64,000 nt of DNA, from NCBI GenBank assembly GCA_945874665.1, contig CAMCHJ010000009.1, forward strand, positions 18,112-82,111. The letters are read 5' to 3'. Source of the DNA: Chitinophaga pinensis. GTDB taxonomy: Bacteria > Bacteroidota > Bacteroidia > UBA7662. This document shows, piece by piece, positions 8,796-18,800 of this stretch (position 1 is its first letter; each line of letters begins with the position of its first letter). The position numbers and the translations under genes were made by a program. The notes under the pieces are model-generated. The model saw only the letters and a program-made list of their open reading frames with translations, had not been told where the DNA came from and searched no databases.

Positions 8796-9041
8796 ATGAA
8801 TAAAATTTTTGGCTTTTTATTCCTAACTGCTATCCTGTTTATTGGTGCTTGCCAAAAAAACTGCGATAATGCCCTAGCCACTTGCAGCGAACGCCCACCC
8901 AACAATGAAGCCTGTGCGGCCTATTTTGAGCGGTGGTTTTACAATGCTGGCACAAACCAATGCGAACTCATTGGGTACAGCGGTTGCGGGGCCTATGGCT
9001 TTGCCACCGAGGCCGAGTGCCAAGCTTGTTTGTGTGATTGA
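8796..9041 (+). CDS. Kunitz/BPTI-type protease inhibitor domain lipoprotein
   Basis: Lipobox FIGA-C; C-x9-CAAYFERWFYN-x4-C-x3-GYSGC-x4-F-x-T-x2-EC-x2-C. Confidence 0.85.
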   Translation: MNKIFGFLFLTAILFIGACQKNCDNALATCSERPPNNEACAAYFERWFYNAGTNQCELIGYSGCGAYGFATEAECQACLCD

Positions 9042-9053
9042 TCTGTAAAGGCA

Positions 9054-9638
9054 CTATAAAGCCTCTTCATCCTCACTGAGGTCTACATCGTACTTGTGCA
9101 GCAATCCCGACAAGGCGGGCCAGCTGAATTTGGCACGCTTGAGGCGGTTTTGCTCCGGGTCAATGGTGTAGCGACTGGCCGTGCGCAGGTCGGCCTTTTC
9201 GAGGTTGGTATTTGAAAATACCGCTAGGTTTAAGTCGCAGTTCACAAACTCGGCATGACTGAGGTCACATTCCGAAAAATCGGTCTCCTGCAGCTCGCAG
9301 TTTTCGAAACGGGTGCGGGCTAGTTTTTTCTTGTAGAAGGAAGCATGCTGCAACACACACTGCTCAAAGCTCACCGACAAGCCAAACTCATGGCATTGGT
9401 CCATGCGCCAGCCCAACATCTTGCATGTTTTAAACTGCACCTCTTGAAAGGCCGTTTTCGAGAGGCGTGTTAAACTCAAATTGCAGTCTATAAAGCGGCA
9501 TTTGATAAACCTAAACTGCGAAAAATCCGCCTCGCTGAGGTCCAATTCATTAAAACTGCAGTTTTCGTATTCACCCTGTTGTAGCGGCGCTTCAAGCAGC
9601 TTTGCTTTAGTAAAATCTTGGTCGATAAAGTAGAGCAT
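9054..9638 (-). CDS. Pentapeptide repeat protein
   Basis: Runs of [FL]-x-x-[CA]-[DNR]-[FL] pentapeptides (FENCELQETDFSECDLSHAEFVNCDLNLAVF). Start taken at MLYFIDQ. Confidence 0.9.
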   Translation of the reverse strand: MLYFIDQDFTKAKLLEAPLQQGEYENCSFNELDLSEADFSQFRFIKCRFIDCNLSLTRLSKTAFQEVQFKTCKMLGWRMDQCHEFGLSVSFEQCVLQHASFYKKKLARTRFENCELQETDFSECDLSHAEFVNCDLNLAVFSNTNLEKADLRTASRYTIDPEQNRLKRAKFSWPALSGLLHKYDVDLSEDEEAL

Positions 9639-9766
9639 GGCATGTTGTGGCAAAATGGCTGCCATTGTTCAGCCAAATTACAACCATTTACTTAGAAAAT
9701 CTTAAATCCTTTTTGCTCAAAAACAGTCGTTTAACATAAGCTCAACAGGCCTAAGCCCCTTTAACC

Positions 9767-9806
9767 AAAAACGCCCCAACCTTACCTGAAGGCAAAGTTG
9801 AAGCGT
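9767..9806 (-). terminator. Intrinsic terminator
   Basis: Minus strand ACGCTTCAACTTTGCC-TTCA-GGTAAGGTTGGGGCGT followed by TTTT; the stem includes G-U pairs. Confidence 0.6.
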
Positions 9807-9935
9807 GCGTTTGAAAAGCAAACGGGTAGCCAACCGTTTTGGAGGCGTTTATTCGCCCATTCCCTTAAATGACTGGCCTAAAGCATCCATATCAGCGTTA
9901 AAATCGGCTTTGAATTGCGCCCAGCTGGCTTTGGT

Positions 9936-10064
9936 TTAAGAACCGAGTTTGCTCGAGCTCAATTTTTCATTCTTTTTAGCCGCTTTGTCGGCCTTTTTCT
10001 CTTTTGGTGTTTTGGCTGCAGCCGTTTTATCCGAGCCTTTTTTGATGTCTTTTCCCTTAGCCAT
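9936..10064 (-). CDS. Small Lys/Ala-rich basic protein (42 aa), absent from ORF track
   Basis: Hand translation: MAKGKDIKKGSDKTAAAKTPKEKKADKAAKKNEKLSSSKLGS*. Resembles small MAK...KEKK proteins I recall from Bacteroidota. Confidence 0.65.
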   Translation of the reverse strand: MAKGKDIKKGSDKTAAAKTPKEKKADKAAKKNEKLSSSKLGS

Positions 10065-10456
10065 GGCTATCAATTTAAGGATGTAAGTTCAGCTTTATTT
10101 TGGCAAAAAACTACACATATCTTGGCCAGAAGTGTTTGCGATGACATCATAGCCTGGAAAAAGCAATGCGTTCACAACTGCTTGCGCCACTTCAAAACGA
10201 CAGTTTGCGCATAAAGCTCATAAAGTGACCACCCAAAAGGCACTAAGTACTACGGGTTGCGCACTAAAAGATTAAAACCCAAAAAAAATGTAGCATCCTA
10301 ACCAAATCAGCCCCTTCAATTCGTTTTTAGCATGATCTGCGCATAAAACCGAGCGCCCTTCCATAACTATGCTTTTTGTTCCATATTTAGAAAGTACCCT
10401 GCCTTTCCACCATAGCAACACCGCTCAACGTAACATTCTTTTCTGTAAATTTAAAA

Positions 10457-12271
10457 ATGTTTTGCTCCATCCGATTTTGGTGCTTGCTCTTGCTGCCCAC
10501 TTGTAGTATTGCCCAACCCTCCCTTCCCCCCTGGGCTAAAACCGTGGTTTGGTACCAGATCTTCCCCGACCGTTTCCACAACGGCGACACCAGCAATGAC
10601 CCACCTTTGGGGAGCCAGTTCCACGCCTGGCCGCACGATACAGTGAATGCGTGGCAAATACACCCCTGGACCAGCGATTGGTACGAACAACAGCCTTGGG
10701 AGCAGGCCAATGGGAAGGGCCTCTCGCACAACCTCACTCGCCGCAGGTATGGGGGCGATTTGCAGGGTATCTTCGATAAACTCGACTATTTACAAGGACT
10801 CGGCATCACCGCCATCTACCTCAACCCTGTTTTTTGGTCGCCCTCGCACCACAAATACGACGGCTTTATGTACCACCATGTGGATCCGTACTTGGGTCCG
10901 GACCCCACTGGCGACATTGCGCTTATCGAAAAAGAAGTGTTTCACGACCCCACCACTTGGCAATGGACGGCTGCCGACAAGCTGGCTTTGCAACTCATTG
11001 CCGACTGCCACCGCCGCGGCATACGCATCATTTTCGATGGCGTGTTCAACCATTTGGGCTCGGGCAGCATTCCTTTTCAGGATGTATTGGCCAAGCAGCA
11101 GTCCTCGGCATACGCCAATTGGTTTGAGATAGACAGCTGGGACGATGCCGAAAAAGGCACCAAATTCGGCTACAAAGGCTGGTTTGGGGTAAAATCGTTG
11201 CCCGAAATCAAGGAAGATAGCAACGGCATTGTGGCCGGGCCCAAGGAATACATTTTCGCCAGCACCCGTCGCTGGATGGATCCCAGCGGCACCGGCGACC
11301 TCAGCAAAGGCATCGACGGCTGGCGGCTAGATGTGGCTTTTTGCGTGGCGCATCCTTTTTGGAAAGACTGGAGGGTATTCGTGAAAAACATCAATCCCGA
11401 GGCCTACCTCACCGCCGAAGTCATCGACAACATCGAAAAAGTGAAGCCCTATTTGCAAGGCGATGAGTTCGACGCCATCATGAACTACAACTTCGCGTTT
11501 ATCAGCGCCGACTGGTTTGTGAACGAAAAAAAGCGCATCCGAACCAGCGAATTCGACCAGCAGCTGGCCGATTTGCGGCAGGCTTACGGCTTGGAAGTGG
11601 CCTATGTGCAGCAAAATTTGTTTGGCAGTCACGACGCCAACCGCCTCGCCTCCCACATCGTAAACCGCGATTTTGCGCGCTATGGCGACTGGGGGGAGTA
11701 TTTTGGCAAGTCGAAGTCTGAAAACCCCGCCTACAACACCCGCAAGCCCACCGCCGAGGAGTACGACATCCAGCAGCTATTTGCCGTGTTTCAGATGACC
11801 TATTTGGGTGCGCCCATGGTGTATTACGGCGACGAAGTGGGCATGTGGGGCGCCAACGACCCCGACTGCCGCAAGCCCATGGTGTGGCGCGAGCTAAGTT
11901 ACAACCCGGAGCAGTACAAAGCCGATGGCAGCAACTACCCAGAGCCCCAGCTGGTGGCGGTAAAGGGCGATATGCTGGCGCATTACCAAAAGCTCATCCA
12001 GCTGCGTAACAGTCAGCCGTTGCTCCAAACGGGTGCGTTTACGACCCTGCTCGCCGATGATACAAAAGAGATTTTTGCCTTTCGCAGGCATGAAAACGGG
12101 AAGGAAAAAGGCATTGTAGTGGTGCTCAACAACAGCGCTGAGCAACGAGCCGTAGGTTTAGAAGGCCTTACTACTAAGTCGAAAATCTTGTACCAGTCGA
12201 AAGCTAGCAGCTTACTTAAAAACACTTTTTTGCTGCCAGCAAAAGGCTTTGTCATCCTGCTAGACCAATAA
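10457..12271 (+). CDS. GH13 alpha-amylase family glycoside hydrolase (neopullulanase/cyclomaltodextrinase-like), secreted
   Basis: WYQIFPDRF; GGDLQGI; DGVFNH; catalytic GWRLDVA, AEV and SHD motifs; YYGDEVGM. Confidence 0.92.
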   Translation: MFCSIRFWCLLLLPTCSIAQPSLPPWAKTVVWYQIFPDRFHNGDTSNDPPLGSQFHAWPHDTVNAWQIHPWTSDWYEQQPWEQANGKGLSHNLTRRRYGGDLQGIFDKLDYLQGLGITAIYLNPVFWSPSHHKYDGFMYHHVDPYLGPDPTGDIALIEKEVFHDPTTWQWTAADKLALQLIADCHRRGIRIIFDGVFNHLGSGSIPFQDVLAKQQSSAYANWFEIDSWDDAEKGTKFGYKGWFGVKSLPEIKEDSNGIVAGPKEYIFASTRRWMDPSGTGDLSKGIDGWRLDVAFCVAHPFWKDWRVFVKNINPEAYLTAEVIDNIEKVKPYLQGDEFDAIMNYNFAFISADWFVNEKKRIRTSEFDQQLADLRQAYGLEVAYVQQNLFGSHDANRLASHIVNRDFARYGDWGEYFGKSKSENPAYNTRKPTAEEYDIQQLFAVFQMTYLGAPMVYYGDEVGMWGANDPDCRKPMVWRELSYNPEQYKADGSNYPEPQLVAVKGDMLAHYQKLIQLRNSQPLLQTGAFTTLLADDTKEIFAFRRHENGKEKGIVVVLNNSAEQRAVGLEGLTTKSKILYQSKASSLLKNTFLLPAKGFVILLDQ

Positions 12272-12435
12272 AAACCATTGCCTTCTAGTTGCTACAGAGC
12301 TTACCGTTTTGCGCGTTTATAACAAAAGACAGCAGATTGTCAGGTGGCAGCTCGTTGGATTTAGGTTCACGTGGTATGCATGGCAACGCTCCAAAATGAA
12401 AGACAATTACTAATCGATATTGATAGGTTTCCTTT

Positions 12436-12531
12436 AGGGGTGCCACCGCTGCGCGCGGTCGGGTCAGCTTCGCTGGCAAGTCCTCGCTTCCTCCTGCGTC
12501 GGAAGCTCCGGGCTTTCCGCTAACATCCCTC
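12436..12531 (+). ncRNA. Flavo-1-like structured RNA / repeat element
   Basis: Closing stem AGGGGTG/CATCCCT with three internal hairpins. The GGTCGGG...CAAGTCCTCGC...GGGCTTTCCGCT..CATCCCT pattern matches my recollection of the Bacteroidota Flavo-1 motif; not verified by covariance search. Confidence 0.55.
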
Positions 12532-12763
12532 ATTAAAAAGCGGTTTTTCTTCATTATCCTGAATCAAATTATTCTTTCTGTCCCGCTAAAACATCTTTAA
12601 AATCATGTTGCGATATATTTCTTTATACAGTGGGAGTATTCCGATCATGTAACATCTATGGTAGACAAGCGTAAAAAATCCAGGATTTTAGACCGAATGT
12701 TAAGCCTATTTACATTTGATTAACGAAAGCTTAACCCAACCAACCAATTGCTTCACAAACTGG

Positions 12764-12771
12764 TAAGTTTG
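12764..12771 (+). promoter_or_regulatory. Bacteroidota -7 promoter element for the 2332-aa gene
   Basis: TAAGTTTG matches TAnnTTTG. A second match, TACATTTG, lies at 12711-12718. Confidence 0.5.
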
Positions 12772-12813
12772 GCATAATGTAGCGTTTAGACCTTTGGGTT
12801 TTAACTAAATATT

Positions 12814-15800
12814 ATGCGTTACAAACTTACTCGACTGTTATTGCTGTGCCTGCTTGTTGGCAGTGCATCGCTTACCAATGCCCAAGTACTGGTGCATTAT
12901 TGGAATTTCAATAATTCAGCTACCCAAACTTCCTTGCTTACACCTAACCTGGGGAGCGGCAGCATCAGTCACCTTACTGGAGGCATCAGCGCCATTGCTA
13001 TCACCAGCAATACGGCACAGGGTTTCGACATCACCAATCCTAATGCGCGTAATGGCGATGTGGCTGGTACACACTTACGTTTTAACGATCCTATTGGAGG
13101 GCAACTCGAATTTAGCCTCCCAACCAGCGGCTTCGAAAACGCAATAGTAAGATTCGCTACCCGCCGCTCAGGTTCAGGAGCAGGTACGCAATACATCTCG
13201 TACAGCACCGATGGCAGCACCTATACCTTATTTGATAGCATTTTTCCGGTAGATGGTAACCCAGTTTTGCAAACACTCAACTTTAGCAGCATTTCAGCAG
13301 CCAATAATAACGCTAATTTTAAAATCCGCATTGCTTTTGCCCAAGGCTTGGGCGGTACAGTGGGTAACAACCGTTTCGACAACTTTACCCTCGAAGGCAT
13401 TTCATTGGGTGGCTCAGACACCGTCCCCCCCCTTGCCAACTTTTCGCCGCTCAACAACAGTAGCCAGCACCCGGTAAGCATTCAACCCCGCATCATATTC
13501 AGCGAAAGCATGCGTTTGGCAGGCATTGGCGGCGCAGCTTTAACAGCGGCCATGGCTGATACCATTTTGCAATTACGGGTACAACCAGCCAACAGCGCGG
13601 TTGCTTTTAGCAGTCAACGCAGTGGCGACACCCTTACCATCATCCCAACAGCTACTTTACAGCCCAATACCACTTATACTTTACGCATTCGTGATGGTTT
13701 GCTGGCAGACCTCGCTGGTAATTTGTTGCCAGCTGGTCAACAAATTACCTTTAGCACCCTCGCTGTCCAAACTGCTTTTCAAGCAGGTGATTTGGTTCCT
13801 GTAGCCTTCCGTATGAACGCCACCGGAACCGCCGATGCGATCTCATTGCTTACGTTTGTAAACATCCTCCCAGGCACCAACATTCAGTTGACCGATGCAA
13901 AATTCACAACCAATACCCCGGCTCAATGTCCTGGTGGTATTACTTGGACCGCCCCAGCCAGCGGCGTGGCGCGCGGTACAGTGATTGTGATTGGCACCGA
14001 CGATGGCTCGGCGAGCACAGGAACCGTAACAGGTAGCACTTTTGGTTTGAGCTCAGGCGGCGACCAAGTACTTGTATATACAGGTAGTAACACGCAGCCC
14101 AATTATATCACTGCCCTGAGCGCAAATGCTTGGTTGGCAACCAATACTACTTGCAGCGGCAGCTTTAGCATGTTGCCAACTGGTTTAACCAATGGCCTCA
14201 ATGCCATCAACCTCAGCACTGCCCCAGGCAATGCCTCAGGATTATCGGTAAATGGCTATTACAATGGCCCACAAAGCGGTGTCAACGTACGCGATAGCAT
14301 TCTCAATCCTACGTACTGGGTAATTGCAGGTTCTGGTACCCCAGCGCAAGTATGGCCAAACTGGAGTTTCCCTGGTCCACCTGCCGTAGCCAGTGTACGT
14401 GTACTCAACGGCACCCAAGTGCAAGTGGCCTTTACGCAAAACATGCTACAAGCCTCTGCCACTAATTTGGCAAGGTACAGCCAGTTGGCAGGCATCACCT
14501 CAGCTGTAATGACCAACAATGGTAATCTCCGCGACACCGTTACCCTCACCATAAACCCAGCTTTTGCAGCAGGTCAAGCCTATAGCCTCCGCATCGACAG
14601 CGTTGAAAACGCAGCTGGACTGGCCATGTTTGGTGCTTTCAACTTCAACTTTAACTACAACCCTACCCTCAGTTTCAGCAGTCGCTATTTAGTGGTAAAT
14701 GAAAATGCAGGCAGTGTAAACCTACCCCTCAACTTGCAGTTCCCAGCAACAGCTAGTTTCCGCATTCGGGTAGCGGCCGGTAGCAATGCCTCAGCTGCCG
14801 ATTATACTTTTGCAACCCAAACAGTACAAACCAGCGCCACAAGCAGCAGCATCGTTTTGCCTGTTGGTATCATCGACGATTTGACGGTTGAAGACGATGA
14901 GTACATCATCCTGCAAATTGACAGCTTACAAGGCGTGCAACTGCAAGGCCCGAACTACTTTACGGTATACATCCGCGACAATGACCGCCGCATGCCGGCC
15001 CGCGATTCGGCTGTTAACATGACTTTGGTCACAAGTTTTGACCCTTCTCCCACAGGAAGCACCACCGAAGTAGTGGTGTATGACCCTTTGAGTCGTCGAA
15101 TGTTTGCCAGCAGCGCCATCGAAAACCGATTCGACATCATCAACTTTAGCAACCCAAGCAACCCAGTAACCATTCGCAGCGTATCGATGGCTCCTTATGG
15201 TGGCATTACCAGCATTGCTGTAAAGCCAGGTTTAGTGGCGGTTGGAAGTCCAAACATCAACGAACAGCTCCCAGGTTTGGTAGTGTTTTTCGATACCCTT
15301 GGCAATTATAGAGGTCAGGTTACCGTAGGTTCATTGCCCGATATGTTGACGTTTAGTCCCGACGGCAACCGCCTCCTCGTAGCCAACGAAGGCCAGCCAA
15401 ACACCACTTTTAGCGTAGACCCCGAAGGTTCTGTGAGCATCATCAATACCTCCGACACCATCATTAGTCAGGCCAACGTTACCACCCTCAACTTTACTTC
15501 CTTCAACGCACAAGAAGCTACCTTGGTAGCAGCCGGCGTACGCAAAGGATCAACCATTGGTACCCTTTCGCAGAACCTCGAGCCTGAATACATTACCGTA
15601 GCAGCCGACAACAGCAAAGCTTGGGTAACCTTGCAAGAAAACAACAGCATAGCTGAAATCAACCTGCTTAACAACACGGTAACGGCTATTCGTCCGATGG
15701 GACTCAAAGACAACAGCCAGCCAGGCAACGGCTTTGATGCTTCCGACAACATTCCCGAGGTACTCCTCGTAAATTGGCCTACCAAGAGCTTTTACATGCC

Positions 15801-18800
15801 TGATGCCATCGGTTCATACACCGCAAACGGCGCCACCTATTTAGTAACAGCCAACGAAGGCGACGAGCGTGAATATCAAGTTTTAAATGAGCGTACAACT
15901 GTTGGTGCTGTAAACCTCGACTCGGCCCGCTTCCCAGCAGCCGCTATGCTCAAAGAAAACCATGCCATTGGCCGCTTGCGCATCACCAACCTCAATGGTG
16001 ATAATGATGCAGATGGCGATTATGACGATTTGATCAGCGTTGGTCCACGCTCTTTTAGCATCTGGAATGCCAACACAGGCACACAGGTATGGGACAGCAA
16101 AAACCAGTTGGAGCTCATCACCTCAATGGATCCAACCTTTGGTGCGGTATTTAATGCCGACCACGAAAGCAATACACGCAAAAACCGCAGTCGCTCTAAA
16201 GGACCAGAACCCGAAGGCCTGACTTTGGCCCAAATCAATGGCCGCACCTTTGCCTTCATCGGCTTGGAGCGCATTGGCGGCATCATGGCTTATGATGTAA
16301 CAGATCCACAGAACCCGGTATTTAATGGTTATTTGAATCCACGCAGCGTTACGAGTGTAAGTGGCGACCGTGGTCCTGAAACCATGATTTACATTGCACC
16401 TAACCAAAGTGCCGATGGCATGGCTTACCTCGTGGTGGCCAATGAAATCAGCGGCACACTCAGCATCATTCGTTTGCAGTTCAACATTCCGCCTCCGCGC
16501 TACACCTTGCAAGTATTGCATGCTTCCGACATGGAAGGTGGCTTAGATGCACCGAAAGACGCACCGAACTTTGCAGCGGTAATCGATAGTCTCGAAGGCA
16601 CTTATGCCAACACCGTGATTCTTTCGAGCGGCGACAACGTGATTCCTAGTCCGTTCCTCAGCGCCGGCGAAGACCCAACCATCCAAACGCCTTTGCGTAA
16701 CGCTACCAACTTGTTTTACCCTGGAACGCATGCCGTAAGACCAGCCATCGGTCGCTCCGACATCGCCATCCTGAACCTCATTGGTTTTAACGCCTCGGTG
16801 TTTGGTAACCACGAGTTCGACCTCGGCACTGGTGAGCTCAACAGCATGATTGGTGTAGACATCCGCAATAGCGGCGCCGACAAGCGTTGGGTAGGTGCTC
16901 AGTTTCCTTTTTTGAGCGCTAACCTCAACTTCTCAGCCGATGCCAACCTCAGCTACCTTGTTACTCCTGATGGTCAAGCCGATACCAGCTTCCGGACTGC
17001 TGCCAACATCACCGCCAACAGCCAAAAGAAAGGCATCGCACGCTCAGCCGTTATTACCCGCGGTGGTCAAAAGATTGGTATCGTAGGTGCTACCACACAA
17101 GTATTGGCCAGCATCAGCTCACCAGGTGCCACCACCATAGTAGGACCATCAGTAAACGACATGCCTGCTTTGGCAGCCATCCTCCAGCCGGTAATCGACA
17201 GCTTGCGCATCGGTCAGGGCATCAACAAAATCATCGTGCTTTCACACCTCCAGCAGCTCAGTCTCGAGCAAGCCCTCGCGCCTTTGTTAACAGGTGTTGA
17301 CGTGATCATTGCCGGTGGCTCGCACAGTCTTTTGGCCGATGCCAACGACATCCTGCGCCCTGGCGATGTAGCCGTAGGTACGTATCCGCAGCTCCGCACT
17401 GGTGCCAACGGTCAGCCTACCCTTTTGGTGAACACTGCCGCTGAATACCGTTATGTAGGTCGTTTGGTAGTTGCCTTCGACAGCCTTGGTGTGATCGACA
17501 CTTCGATGTTGAACCCCATGATCAACGGTGCTTATGCTACCGACTCAGCAGGTGTGGCTCGCGTTTGGGGTAACTACGCCAACGCCTTCAACCCTGGCAC
17601 CAAGGGCGCCAATGTAAGAGCACTCACCAATGCCATGCAAACCGTTATTGTTGCTAAAGATGGCAATGTGTTCGGCAAAGCCAGCGTCTTCCTCGAAGGT
17701 CGCCGCGAGTTTACCCGCACCGAAGAAACCAATCTTGGTAACCTTACCTCCGATGCCAACCTTTGGCAGGCACGTAGGGCTGACCCAACAGTAACCCTCT
17801 CCCTCAAAAATGGTGGTGGCATCCGCCAGGCCATGGGTACCGTTAATGCCACAGGCAGCACCGTAACCCTCGGACCAACGGCACCAAACCCAGCCGCAAA
17901 CAAGCAAGCCGGCGACATCAGTCAGCTCGACATCGAAAACTCACTGCGCTTCAACAACCGCCTCAGCGTGGTAACTGTTCCTGTAACCGGCGTCAAAGCC
18001 CTGCTCGAACATGGTGTGGCGCAAACAGTACCTGGTGCAACCCCCGGTCGCTTCCCACAAGTAGGTGGCATGGCCTTTAGCTATGACCCTAGCCTGCCGG
18101 TGAACAGCCGCATCCGTTCAGTGGTACGCCTCGACTCCCTGGGTAACATCGTTGACACCTTGGTGCGCAACGGCCAAATCCACGGTAACCCGAATCGCAC
18201 CTACAAAATGGTAACCCTCAACTTCCTCGCAGGTGGTGGTGATGGTTATCCGTTCGCTGCTAACTCTACCAACCGTGTTGACCTCGACACCGTGATTACC
18301 GCTGCCGGTGCCGCTACCTTCACCGTACCTGGTTCAGAGCAAGATGCCTTTGCCGAGTACATGGTGGTAAGACACCCAGCTACAGCAGCTTACAGCATAG
18401 CTGAAACACCAGCAAGCGCTGACTTCCGCATCCAAGATCTTAGCCGCAGAAACGAAGGACTGTTGCCTTTCGACGTAGCCACCTTGGTGGCACCAGCTAA
18501 CAACAGCCGTTTGTTAACCAGTCCAACCAACAGCACACCCGTGCAAATCGTATGGAACCGAGCCATCAACGCGCAGTCGTATAAATGGTCGCTCACCACA
18601 GCCACTGGTAGCTTTGCCCCAGGCTTGGTAAACATCGTTTCTAACAACAATGGCGTTGACACCACCCTTACCCTCACCGTAAGCCGCATAGACAGCTTGT
18701 TGGCTTCTTTAGGCGTGGCTCCGGGCGACTCTATCAACACCCGTTGGACCGTTAAATCGTTCTACAACAATGGCAGCGACAGCACCCTCGCCGCTGCATT

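Noticed and set aside
9915-10214. 99-aa Phe-rich ORF on the plus strand
   Set aside because: Antisense shadow of the Lys-rich 42-aa gene.
12285-12554. 89-aa ORF on the minus strand
   Set aside because: It runs through the GC-rich structured element and has no protein-like features.
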